Positions 8,707-17,283 of a DNA stretch of 64,000 nucleotides are shown here, in pieces (the stretch's first letter is position 1; each line of letters begins with the position of its first letter). A program made the translations under genes and the position numbers. Source of the stretch: a virus; IMG/VR virus record IMGVR_UViG_3300035671_000001, positions 18,506 to 82,505 of that record; one strand, 5' to 3'. Under the pieces are notes generated by a model that saw only the letters and a program-made list of their open reading frames with translations, made no database searches and was not told the origin of the DNA.

Positions 8707-8897
8707 TGTCCCAAAAGAAGCTCACGTGCGACATCTGTGGGAAGCTCTATGAGACGCTTGGCAGCTATGGGAATCATACTGATGACGAATGGTGGATGTG
8801 TCTGAAATGCTTTGGGAAGGCGGATGAGTTGGCCGCAAAGGAGGACAGGTGGCCTGATGCGCGCGACTTTAAGACGGTGAAGGAGGAGATGCGCTGA
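8706..8897 (+). CDS. small Zn-binding hypothetical protein
   Basis: CDIC...CLKC; coupled start with GGAGGAG RBS. Confidence 0.6.
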   Translation: MSQKKLTCDICGKLYETLGSYGNHTDDEWWMCLKCFGKADELAAKEDRWPDARDFKTVKEEMR

Positions 8898-9163
8898 TGA
8901 TGGGTGACTTCGACATCAAATGGATTGATCGCAAGCACGAACCGCAGTGCGCGCCGAATCCGGCCTATCCTCTCGGCATTGACATCGATCTATCCCAAGG
9001 CGCGACGAAGGCGTGCAAGTCGGAGTTGCCCTATCCGGCGAAGCGGATCGGATTTTATATGGTCAAGTGCAATATCTGCGGTCTCACGACGGTGATTACC
9101 ACGGCTGGGCGGAGTGACGATCCGCGCAGCATTACCTTGGCTTGCGGGGAGAAGACGCAATGA
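8897..9163 (+). CDS. Cys-rich hypothetical protein
   Basis: 88-aa ORF, coupled start with RBS. Confidence 0.6.
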   Translation: MMGDFDIKWIDRKHEPQCAPNPAYPLGIDIDLSQGATKACKSELPYPAKRIGFYMVKCNICGLTTVITTAGRSDDPRSITLACGEKTQ

Positions 9164-9354
9164 GTGACGAACCTGAATTTCATCTCGACTTCTCAGAGCA
9201 AGATCCTGAACTTCCCGAGGTTCATCCCGACGAGTGCCCGGATTGCAAAGTGCCTGCCGAGGTGGCCTACGGCATGGCGGGAGGCGGCATCGGCGCATAT
9301 TCCTATTGTCCGCAATGCTACAAAATCCTCGCGAAGACACAGGACGAACAGTGA
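9160..9354 (+). CDS. small Zn-ribbon protein
   Basis: CPDC...CPQC; ATGA overlap. Confidence 0.55.
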   Translation: MSDEPEFHLDFSEQDPELPEVHPDECPDCKVPAEVAYGMAGGGIGAYSYCPQCYKILAKTQDEQ

Positions 9355-9626
9355 TGGCAGAGCGATTAGGTGATGCACCAATTGAGCCGGCCTACATCAA
9401 ACAGATGAAAGCCATAGCGAGCGTTATCGACGAGACGTTCAACGGAGGGGCGAAAGGCAAGGATCGCAAGACGGGGTTCGTGCTGATGGTGTTTCCGTTC
9501 AACGAAGTAACCGAAGGCGGCCGCGCCAACTACATCAGCAACGCTGATCGCAAGGACATCGTGGTGATGTTGAAGGAGCAGCTCAAGCGCTTCGAAGGCC
9601 AACCCGATGTGACGGGGCACGCATGA
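9354..9626 (+). CDS. hypothetical phage protein
   Basis: MAERLGDAP...GFVLMVFPF...ANYISNADR; TGATG coupling. Confidence 0.65.
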   Translation: MAERLGDAPIEPAYIKQMKAIASVIDETFNGGAKGKDRKTGFVLMVFPFNEVTEGGRANYISNADRKDIVVMLKEQLKRFEGQPDVTGHA

Positions 9627-9796
9627 GCTTTACCGCTGAGGAGAAATACATCGAAGCCATGCGCGAGGTGAAGATGCGCAGGACGGTTTACGCGCGCACC
9701 GGCATTGATCCAAGCGAGGCCAAGCGCAGGATTGCGATAATGGAGGCCATCGCCGAAGATTATGAAAAGCTGGCGGAATCCGAGCGGCTGCTATGA
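9623..9796 (+). CDS. small hypothetical protein (57 aa, absent from the ORF track)
   Basis: MSFTAEEKY...AESERLL; ATGA overlaps at both ends. Confidence 0.6.
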   Translation: MSFTAEEKYIEAMREVKMRRTVYARTGIDPSEAKRRIAIMEAIAEDYEKLAESERLL

Positions 9797-10071
9797 CTGT
9801 CCACACATTGAAATCGTGGCCCGAATTTTTTGAGCCTGTGTTGTCGGGCCAGAAGCAATTCGAGCTTCGGAAAAATGATCGCGACTTTCAAGTTGGTGAT
9901 CATGTGGTGTTGCGCGAGTGGGAGCCGAATGGGGATCGCTACACCGGGCGCGAGATCAACAAGCGGGTGACGTATGTGCTGCGCGGCCTTGGCAGTGTCG
10001 GCACCATCGCGCCCTATAAGGGACTCTCGATGGGGTACGCCATCCTCGGGCTCGCGGATACTGACTGGTGA
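9793..10071 (+). CDS. ASCH/DUF3850-family protein
   Basis: HTLKSWPEFF...GQKQFELRKNDRDFQVGD..LREW signature. Confidence 0.85.
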   Translation: MTVHTLKSWPEFFEPVLSGQKQFELRKNDRDFQVGDHVVLREWEPNGDRYTGREINKRVTYVLRGLGSVGTIAPYKGLSMGYAILGLADTDW

Positions 10072-10081
10072 AGTGTAGAGG

Positions 10082-10264
10082 TTGCTTATGACAGCCGAAG
10101 AGTTGGGTACGCTGATTGCCACATTGCGGGCTGATGCCCAGAGTTTGCAACAGATCGAAAAGACGCTGGTTGAAATGAAGGATCAGATGCTCTGTGTGCA
10201 TCTGAAGCTCAATGATTTAGCCACAGCCCTTGCAAGGGCCTTAGAGAAAAAGAAAAAGAAGTGA
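10082..10264 (+). CDS. small coiled-coil hypothetical protein
   Basis: 60-aa ORF within the run of coupled genes. Confidence 0.45.
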   Translation: MLMTAEELGTLIATLRADAQSLQQIEKTLVEMKDQMLCVHLKLNDLATALARALEKKKKK

Positions 10265-10524
10265 CGCCAGACAAGCTGCAGGCATTTCGGATCAAGCTCA
10301 CCAACGAGCTGTGGAAGTCCTTTCCACGTGCCGATGCGGCGTCGATCTGGAAAGCTGCAAACGTGTTGCTGCCTTTGATCATGCGCGAGAGCTTCAATCT
10401 TGTGGACATGCCACACGAAGCCGACTGCGTCTGTTGGAATTGCGTCATGGCGTTGCATAGTGATGCAGCGCGGCGACTCGCCGAGTGGCGGACGGCGCAG
10501 GAGGCGGCCGATGAGCATGACTGA
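10261..10524 (+). CDS. hypothetical protein
   Basis: 87-aa ORF, GTGA overlap. Confidence 0.5.
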   Translation: MTPDKLQAFRIKLTNELWKSFPRADAASIWKAANVLLPLIMRESFNLVDMPHEADCVCWNCVMALHSDAARRLAEWRTAQEAADEHD

Positions 10525-10828
10525 ATTGCAGCTCAAATTGTTTCGGATACCAGCCAGCAAGCGGATCAAGTTGACGCCCACGCAGCGTGAAGTGTTGGCG
10601 TGGGTGGAGTACAGCGGCGGCCGGTTCGCGGCATGGCCGCGCAGGTTTCAGGCGCGCACGCTGCGGGTGCTGATGCAGCATCGGCTCGTGCAATGCACAG
10701 GCCATTCGCCGGCGCGCTACGTGGTGACGCCGCTCGGGCGCGCAGTCCGAGGACGTCATGAGTCGGGCCGGCCGGGGGCAGCTCCGAAGATCACTAGCCA
10801 ATTTTTGCCGGATACGGCGGAGGAGTAG
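10511..10828 (+). CDS. possible winged-helix hypothetical protein
   Basis: LTPTQREVL...TLRVLMQHRLV...YVVTPLGR pattern. Confidence 0.5.
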   Translation: MSMTELQLKLFRIPASKRIKLTPTQREVLAWVEYSGGRFAAWPRRFQARTLRVLMQHRLVQCTGHSPARYVVTPLGRAVRGRHESGRPGAAPKITSQFLPDTAEE

Positions 10829-11027
10829 GGAATTCGGCCTTCTGGCGGGGCTGGGGAGGCCACCGGTGAGGCGCAGCGGCGCCCCGCTAGTCCAGCCCCG
10901 AGCAGGCTCGAAAATGACGCCCACGGGCTCCCCACGGGCTCGCCAAAGCAGCGGAGTTAACCTGCCAAAATAATTAAAATGGCGTTGATATTGCTGGTGT
11001 TTTCGTTGCCAATTATTGCTTTCAAGC

Positions 11028-11056
11028 TTGATATTTAGGAAGCAGTTTCCTATACT
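11028..11056 (+). promoter_or_regulatory. sigma70-like promoter of the accessory operon
   Basis: TTGATA-N17-TATACT in an AT-rich island; palindrome TAGGAA-N5-TTCCTA in the spacer. Confidence 0.7.
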
Positions 11057-11483
11057 ACTTGGACTGCCCCATCGCATGCGGCCGCAAATGGCCCCCGAGA
11101 CGGGCGGGAAAGGACCGGGAGCGGCCCTGTCGGCATCGATCGCCAGATCAGCCTTATTTCGAAATGCTCCCGCAGCCTGACGGCAGACTTCCAGGGGCCG
11201 TGTATCGCAGAATAACCCGAGGTGCGACGCGTCGCGCCCTGGTGGCTATCAGTCGATCAAGTTGCCGGCGAGTGCCCTTTGCGGCCGCTGTAGTTGGCCC
11301 TGATTTGATCGCGTGCTGCTGACGCGCTTGTGCCTCGGGACAAAAAACATCTGCGCACGACTCCAATAACGAAATTGCACCGCTTGCAAGGCGGTGCATT
11401 CCCAAGCGGCGGCTCGCTCCGCCGTTTCGGAATTCAGTGCACGTCGCTGCAACGGCGTTTCTCAAACCAACGGAGTCCCCATC

Positions 11484-11765
11484 ATGACTACTACCAATCT
11501 CACCACGACTATCGATCGGCTCGGCGTCATTCTAGCGCAAAAGGCCGAGTTGATAGCCGAAGAAAAGTTGCTCAAGGGCGTGCTCGTCGACAACGGCGCG
11601 GGCGCTTACGAGGGCGACTTCTACCGCGCCACCGTCAGCATCGCTGAGCGTGGCACGCTCGACATGAAAGCGGTACGCGAGAAGCTTACCGCGCAGTTCA
11701 TTCGCGCCCACACCAACGTCACCGAAGTTACGACAGTGAAAGTCGTGGCTCGAAACGGAAAGTGA
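11484..11765 (+). CDS. small hypothetical phage protein
   Basis: ATG after a GGAGTC RBS; 93 aa. Confidence 0.7.
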   Translation: MTTTNLTTTIDRLGVILAQKAELIAEEKLLKGVLVDNGAGAYEGDFYRATVSIAERGTLDMKAVREKLTAQFIRAHTNVTEVTTVKVVARNGK

Positions 11766-11948
11766 ATGGGCCATGTACTGCACAGTCGTTTGCGTGGGGC
11801 TCGTATGCTCTGCGCTCTGCTCCACTCCCGATCCGTTGACTCGGCAAATTCAAACCGAGCAATATCTACAGCGGTTCGGGCCGTGCTCGCTGGGTACATG
11901 TCCGCCGTTCAATCCTGGCGATCACATCCGCACCAACCCTTATACGAA

Positions 11949-12047
11949 GTGAATGCCGTCGGGCCGCGCTTTCGAGCGCGGTCCCGCAGTGTTCATCTCT
12001 GAATGCTCGCCGCTTGCAACGGTGTCCCTCTCTAACGGAGTCACTCA
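11949..12047 (+). promoter_or_regulatory. repeated structured leader element (copy before the AAA gene)
   Basis: TGAATGC..stem..CAGTGTTCA, hairpin with TTGCAA loop, GGAGTCAC RBS. Confidence 0.65.
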
Positions 12048-13064
12048 ATGTCTCTTATTCTAGAGCATGAAATCACCATCGCTGACGCGGCGGTGATGTT
12101 GGAAATCCTCACTGATGCCGGTGATCCGGTCATGATGTGGGGCAAGCCCGGTATCGGCAAGTCTGACATCGTGCACCAACTCGGCGCCAAGAAGCAGCGC
12201 AAGGTAATCGAGTTTCACGCGGCGTTGCGTGAGACTGTCGACTTGCGCGGTATTCCAATCGCTGATCCGGCGACGGGCACAACGAAGTGGTTGGTGCCCG
12301 CCGAGCTTCCGCAGGCAGAACGTGATGGCGAATTCGGCTATTTGTTCTGCGACGAGATCAACCAAGCGTCTCCCCAGATGCAAGGCGTTCTCGGTGGTTT
12401 GATACTTTACGGCGTCATCGGCGACTATCGCTTGCCTCCGGGCTGGCGCGTCATCGCTGCCGGCAACCGGGTATCCGATCGGGCGGCCGCTCAGCGTATG
12501 CCGACGCACATGCGAAACCGGTTCGCGCACTTGTTCATCATGCCTGATGTAAACGCATGGTGCGTGTGGGCGAACGCTAACAAGGTTGCGCCCGAGGTTG
12601 TCGCTTTCGTTCGGCTGCGGCGCGAGTTGCTGCACATGATGCCGAAGGGCGACGAGAACGCGTTCCCGACACCGCGCTCGCTGACGAAAGCTGCAAAGTA
12701 TGTCAACGCGCCGACAGAACATCGGCTGCGTTTGTTTGCTGCTCACGTTGGTGACGCAGTTGCGGCGGAGCTGGACGGCTTTATCGAGCTTTACCGGTCA
12801 CTCGGTTCGCTCGACGATATCGTCGCTGATCCAGACGGCGCTAAGGTTCCCACCGAACCGAGCTGCCGTTACGCGGTCTGCACCGGGCTCGGCCGCATCG
12901 CCACGCGCAAGAATTTCCCGAATATCATCCGGTATGCCAAACGGCTCAACCGGGAGTCGGAAGTGCTTGTCGTGACTGATGCGACTGGCCGCGATGCCAG
13001 CCTCAAGGACACCACTGCCTATGGAAAGTGGGCGGTAGCCAACCAGGACTTAACGGTCCAGTGA
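12048..13064 (+). CDS. MoxR-like AAA+ ATPase
   Basis: GKPGIGKS Walker A, LFCDEINQA Walker B, AAGNR, RNRF and PTPRS motifs. Confidence 0.88.
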   Translation: MSLILEHEITIADAAVMLEILTDAGDPVMMWGKPGIGKSDIVHQLGAKKQRKVIEFHAALRETVDLRGIPIADPATGTTKWLVPAELPQAERDGEFGYLFCDEINQASPQMQGVLGGLILYGVIGDYRLPPGWRVIAAGNRVSDRAAAQRMPTHMRNRFAHLFIMPDVNAWCVWANANKVAPEVVAFVRLRRELLHMMPKGDENAFPTPRSLTKAAKYVNAPTEHRLRLFAAHVGDAVAAELDGFIELYRSLGSLDDIVADPDGAKVPTEPSCRYAVCTGLGRIATRKNFPNIIRYAKRLNRESEVLVVTDATGRDASLKDTTAYGKWAVANQDLTVQ

Positions 13065-13153
13065 GTACTGCAGAGGGCCGCGCGTTGCGGCCCTCGACAG
13101 TGTTTATCCGAACGCTCCTGCCTTGCAAGCGGGCACTCTTAGGAGTCACCACC
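13061..13153 (+). promoter_or_regulatory. repeated structured leader element
   Basis: TGAGTACTG-GAGGGCCGC/GCGGCCCTC-CAGTGTTTA, TTGCAA hairpin, GGAGTCAC. Confidence 0.65.
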
Positions 13154-13327
13154 ATGTCACTCAACGAAGCAATCGCCGTTGTAAAGGCGAATGGCTACCG
13201 CGTGAGCAAGCCGAAGGCGACGAAGAAAGTTGCCCCGCGCTTGAACGCAGTCGGTCGGCCGTTCTCGTCGTCCTACGATCCCAACTACAAAATGAAATAC
13301 AAGCCAAAGCGCTACGCCTACCCGTGA
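13154..13327 (+). CDS. small basic hypothetical protein
   Basis: 57-aa ORF behind a leader RBS. Confidence 0.6.
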   Translation: MSLNEAIAVVKANGYRVSKPKATKKVAPRLNAVGRPFSSSYDPNYKMKYKPKRYAYP

Positions 13328-13420
13328 ACAGCGCAGAAGGCAGCCGCGTGCTGCCTTCGACAGTGTTCATTCGAACGCTACGCCTCTTGCAAATTGGCGT
13401 CCCTCACTGGAGTCACTACA
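13324..13420 (+). promoter_or_regulatory. repeated structured leader element
   Basis: TGAACA-GAAGGCAGC/GCTGCCTTC-CAGTGTTCA, TTGCAA hairpin, GGAGTCAC. Confidence 0.65.
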
Positions 13421-14317
13421 ATGAATAAACCAATCAAAATCGCAACGCCGCTCTCTCGAAAGGCGGTGCTTGTCTCTGTGAATATCTCGCAGTGGACGGC
13501 GCGAAAGTTGGATCGCAAGGTCACCGACGAAGTTAACCGCGCGCACAACGCGGCCAAGGACGCCGGGCGATACAACAAGCTCTTGATCGAGGCCGAGCAC
13601 TTGGCCGAAGTCAACAAGCTGGTTTCGAGTGCCAGGAGCTTGCACTACAGCATGACGCGGCCGTGGGCGGACGAGGGTCCGCGCATTCTGCCAAACGCGC
13701 TCTACTCGAAGTTCACTGACGCATTCCGTAACTTGAAGCGTGAGTTTCAGATTGCGGCTGATGCGTTCTGCGCCGGCTATCCGAGCTTCGTTGAAGAGCG
13801 GAAGAAATCTTTGAACGGCTTGTTCAAAGAAGCGGACTATCCGTCAGCGAACGACATCCGCAACAAGTTCAAGCTTGAATTGAACGTGTTGCCATTGCCA
13901 GACGCAGAGGACTTCCGCACCGATCTTGATCCCGACACGCTCGCGGACATCAAACGCGAGATGAGCGAGACTTCCGGCAAGGTGCTTGACGATGCAATGA
14001 AACAAACATTCGTTGAGATCACCGAGCTGGTCGGCCACATGGCCAAGAAGTTGAACGAGCAAACGGCCAAGACCAAGCAGAAAGGCGAGCGCAAATTCTA
14101 TCTCGACTCGCTCGTCAACAACGTGCGCGACTTGGCTGACTTGTTGCCTGCCTTCAATCTGACTGACGATCCGAAGCTCACCGCTATCACCAACCGCATT
14201 GCTAAGGAGCTATGCGTGGAAGATGCGAAGGAGCTGCGGAAGAATGACGAAGCTGCCAAGACAGTCGCCAAAAGCGCTGACGAGATCGTGGCCGAGGTGG
14301 CCAAATTCCTCGGCTGA
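13421..14317 (+). CDS. DUF3150-like phage protein
   Basis: AVLVSVNISQWTARKLD, YNKLL and TRPW..GPRILP motifs; this family is usually found next to AAA/VWA genes. Confidence 0.65.
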   Translation: MNKPIKIATPLSRKAVLVSVNISQWTARKLDRKVTDEVNRAHNAAKDAGRYNKLLIEAEHLAEVNKLVSSARSLHYSMTRPWADEGPRILPNALYSKFTDAFRNLKREFQIAADAFCAGYPSFVEERKKSLNGLFKEADYPSANDIRNKFKLELNVLPLPDAEDFRTDLDPDTLADIKREMSETSGKVLDDAMKQTFVEITELVGHMAKKLNEQTAKTKQKGERKFYLDSLVNNVRDLADLLPAFNLTDDPKLTAITNRIAKELCVEDAKELRKNDEAAKTVAKSADEIVAEVAKFLG

Positions 14318-14333
14318 TGATACTCTGGTGCTC

Positions 14334-14373
14334 GCGAGCCACTGCCTCGGAGAGTACCAAAGAACGAGAGCGA
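14334..14373 (+). ncRNA. solitary TIGR-like guide unit
   Basis: GCGAGCC-ACTGCCTCG-GAGAGTACC-AAAGAACGA-GAGCGA, same repeats and spacing as the array. Confidence 0.85.
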
Positions 14374-14467
14374 TACTAAGTGGGCCGTCCGAAAGCGCGG
14401 CCCATCATAGTGTTGCGGACTGCAACATTCCCCGCTGCAACGGGGCAATTTAATACGGAGTCACCAA
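14372..14467 (+). promoter_or_regulatory. repeated structured leader element
   Basis: GATACTA-TGGGCCG/CGGCCCA-TAGTGTT, CTGCAA hairpin, GGAGTCAC. Confidence 0.6.
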
Positions 14468-15931
14468 ATGCATAACGACAAACATGCGATGGATCGTGTC
14501 CTAAAGGCGCGCTCCGCGCTGATATTGGCCCGCCGTTTTTACGGCGTACTGGTGTCGAATGTTGAGCCCGTTCTTTCGCATGACGTTCCGACGGCCGCGA
14601 CGAACGGCAAGAAGCATTTCTGGAATCCCGATTTCATCGCTGAACTGACGCAGGCACGTCTTGAGTTTGTGCAAGCGCATGAGAGCGAACACGATGCGCG
14701 CCACCATGGTACGCGTCGCGGCGATCGCGATCCGAAAAAGTGGAATGAGGCCACCGACTTTGGGATCAATATCGATCTCAAGGACGAGGGCTTTGATGTT
14801 CCGCCATGGGCGTTGCTTGACGAGCGATTCCGAGGCATGAGCGCCGAGGATATCTACCGCATGCGCGAGCTTGACGAACAGAACAACAAGCCGCAGCCGC
14901 AGCCCGAGCCTGAGCCCGAACAGGGTGAGGATGAGGGCGACGACGCCGACACCGACGAGGACAAGGGCGACGAGCCTGAAGCTTCCGACGAGGAAGGTGA
15001 CGAGGAAGGCGACGAGGGCCAAGGCGACGACGGTGAAGACGGCGACGAAGAAGGCAAGGGTGAAGGCCCGGCCGACGACGGCGATGAGGAAACCGACGGC
15101 GGCCAAGGCGCTGGCGACAGCGAAGCGGAAGGCGACGGCACGGGCGAAGGCACGGGCAGCGCTGACGGCGACGCTGATGGTGAGCCCGGCGAGGGCCAGC
15201 CGCAATCGTCCGGTGATCCCGGCCGCTGCGGTGAGGTGCTCGACGCGGCTGAAGACGCTGGCGATCTCGCTGAGATCGATCAGAAGTGGGAACGCACGGT
15301 ACGGCAGGCGGCTTCGATGGCGAAAGCGATCGGGCAGCTTCCGGGTCATGTCTCCCGCGACATCGAACGGGCCAACAATCCTGGCCAGGACTGGCGCGAA
15401 GTTCTCCGCGCTTGGTTCGATCAAGGCTCGCTGCAAGTCGAGACTTGGAACCGGCCGAACCGACGCTTTGTCGGGGCTGGCTTGTTCCTTCCCGGCAAGC
15501 GGCGGGACGGTATCAACCGGGTTGCGTTTCTGATCGATACGAGCGGATCGATGGACACCATCGCGCTGGCTTGTATCAGGAACGAAGCGCAGGCCGCGCT
15601 TGATGACGGTGCGATTGATGAGGTGATCGCCGTGTACGGTGACACGCAAGTCACTCGCGTCGACACTTGGCGCACGGGCGACGAGATCGAGTTCGATCCC
15701 CGTGGTGGTGGCGGCACGCGCTTGCGTCCGCTGTTCGATTATGTGGCCGAGCAGGCTGACGATTGCTCTCTGATCGTTTGCTTTACGGATATGGAATTCG
15801 AAGATTTGAATTCCACCGAGCCTCCGGCTTGTCCGGTGCTGTTCGCAGCGACGGGCTATCCCGACAAGGTTCGCAGATATCTTGCCGATGCTCCTTGGGG
15901 AGCGGCTGGCATTGATGTCGGCGCCCACTGA
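14468..15931 (+). CDS. DUF2201-like metallopeptidase-VWA protein with acidic linker
   Basis: PTAATNG, HESEH (HEXXH), D/E/G-rich linker, IDTSGSM MIDAS, GGGGT, FTD. Confidence 0.85.
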   Translation: MHNDKHAMDRVLKARSALILARRFYGVLVSNVEPVLSHDVPTAATNGKKHFWNPDFIAELTQARLEFVQAHESEHDARHHGTRRGDRDPKKWNEATDFGINIDLKDEGFDVPPWALLDERFRGMSAEDIYRMRELDEQNNKPQPQPEPEPEQGEDEGDDADTDEDKGDEPEASDEEGDEEGDEGQGDDGEDGDEEGKGEGPADDGDEETDGGQGAGDSEAEGDGTGEGTGSADGDADGEPGEGQPQSSGDPGRCGEVLDAAEDAGDLAEIDQKWERTVRQAASMAKAIGQLPGHVSRDIERANNPGQDWREVLRAWFDQGSLQVETWNRPNRRFVGAGLFLPGKRRDGINRVAFLIDTSGSMDTIALACIRNEAQAALDDGAIDEVIAVYGDTQVTRVDTWRTGDEIEFDPRGGGGTRLRPLFDYVAEQADDCSLIVCFTDMEFEDLNSTEPPACPVLFAATGYPDKVRRYLADAPWGAAGIDVGAH

Positions 15932-16030
15932 ATACTGAGCACGGCGGTAAGTCCCGCCGTGTCACAGTGTTCACGACGAACACACCCGCGCGGGCTTGCA
16001 CCGCACGGCACTCAAATGGGAGTCACTCAA
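15929..16030 (+). promoter_or_regulatory. repeated structured leader element
   Basis: TGAATACTG-CACGGCGG/CCGCCGTG-CAGTGTTCA, CTTGCA hairpin, GGAGTCAC. Confidence 0.65.
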
Positions 16031-16228
16031 ATGAACAACGATGAAGTTCTCGCAACCATTAAAGGGCTGCGCAAGAACAAGGCCGAAGCCTATAAATACT
16101 GGCAAACGAGCAAGAAGCAGATTCGCCCCAGTGAACGGGCGATGACACTTGCGAGCTACGCCCGCGAGATCGAGGCACTCGATCGCGTCATTATCAAGCT
16201 GCTGAATGAGCAGGCGGTGCAATCATGA
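16031..16228 (+). CDS. small hypothetical protein
   Basis: ATG behind a leader RBS. Confidence 0.6.
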   Translation: MNNDEVLATIKGLRKNKAEAYKYWQTSKKQIRPSERAMTLASYAREIEALDRVIIKLLNEQAVQS

Positions 16229-16440
16229 ACCGACATGTAAAGCTAACCATCGCCACGCCGGAGGGCGTGGTGCTGGGCACGTTGTTCGTGTCTGTGCCTG
16301 CGAGCAAGCTTAGTGCAGCGGACGAGATTATCGATGTCATCCGCGAGAGCTTCGACAACTGCGCTGAGACGTTGCAAATCCTGCTCAAGCTTGACGCAAT
16401 TGACGACAAGGCCAGACGTTTACAGAAACAGGAGAAGTAG
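16225..16440 (+). CDS. small hypothetical protein
   Basis: ATGA overlap, 71 aa. Confidence 0.55.
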   Translation: MNRHVKLTIATPEGVVLGTLFVSVPASKLSAADEIIDVIRESFDNCAETLQILLKLDAIDDKARRLQKQEK

Positions 16441-16443
16441 AAA

Positions 16444-16671
16444 ATGAACTTGTTAGCCCATGCCCTGCGCGCCGAAACGCTCGACGTCGCGCTGACACCC
16501 ATCATGCGGGCGCTCGGCATCAAGACCGGCGACACCGCCGCCAACATCTTTAGCGGTATGGGCGACGATGAATGGCCCGAACTAACGCTCGAAGCTCGGC
16601 GTGACTGGCTGCTTCACTGGCTCAAATTCGAACTAATCGATGCCCAGGAAGAAGTGATGGAATGCCCATAA
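16444..16671 (+). CDS. small hypothetical protein
   Basis: AGGAG RBS, 75 aa. Confidence 0.55.
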   Translation: MNLLAHALRAETLDVALTPIMRALGIKTGDTAANIFSGMGDDEWPELTLEARRDWLLHWLKFELIDAQEEVMECP

Positions 16672-16676
16672 CCACC

Positions 16677-16716
16677 AAGGCCCCGCGAGCTTCTGGCTCA
16701 GCGGGGCCTTTTTTTT
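16677..16716 (+). terminator. intrinsic terminator
   Basis: AAGGCCCCGC...GCGGGGCCTT stem plus T8. Confidence 0.85.
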
Positions 16717-16894
16717 GGCCTGCTTGCAACAAGCCAAATGTGGAGTCACCCACAAGCGGAATCTAACCACCTCGGATGGCCGGCGCAAGCGAAGATGGCC
16801 AGTCACGCGCTGCGCCAACCTGCGCAAGTGCGGCACGAACTGCGACAACCAATAATTCTATGCACAGGAAAACGGTTCCGGTATGCTGCCCGGC

Positions 16895-17098
16895 ATGACG
16901 AGCACCGGTTACCGAAAAGCAATCGCTGCGCTCGGCCTTAACCAGAGGCAGGCGGGGGAATTCTTGAACCTCACCGACCGCACCTCGCGGAGCTACGCCG
17001 CTTATGGCCCGCCGGTGGTGGTGGCGATGTTGCTGCTCACGATGATCAAGCACGGCATCAGCGTCGATGACGTGAACGAACTAATGAAGAGGAAATGA
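16895..17098 (+). CDS. small HTH (XRE/Cro-like) regulator
   Basis: YRKAIAALGLNQRQAGEFLNLTDRTSRSY HTH pattern. Confidence 0.7.
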   Translation: MTSTGYRKAIAALGLNQRQAGEFLNLTDRTSRSYAAYGPPVVVAMLLLTMIKHGISVDDVNELMKRK

Positions 17099-17283
17099 CC
17101 ATGGCAAAGCATTCAGGGATAACCGTGCACCTCGGGGAACTAGCCCAAGCCGTGCTCCTCGACTTGCTCGACAACATTGCGCGCCAGCTTGAGAGTGGTG
17201 TCGATCCGCTGCGAGTCGCGCAGCAAATTCGTGCCTTCACTGCGGCTGAGAAGTCTGATGTTCGCGAGGAGTTGCTGAGATGA
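17095..17283 (+). CDS. hypothetical protein
   Basis: Coupled ORF with GAGG RBS. Confidence 0.5.
   Translation: MTMAKHSGITVHLGELAQAVLLDLLDNIARQLESGVDPLRVAQQIRAFTAAEKSDVREELLR

Noticed and set aside
14314-14400. Hammerhead ribozyme (CTGATGA...GAAA)
   Set aside because: GAAA does not follow the TACTCT/AGAGTA stem directly, stems I and III are not evident, and the segment is better explained by the solo guide plus leader
14501-15928. Long minus-strand ORFs (475 aa here; others at 33460-34383 and 39233-40273)
   Set aside because: They are antisense shadows of well-supported + strand genes in GC-rich DNA
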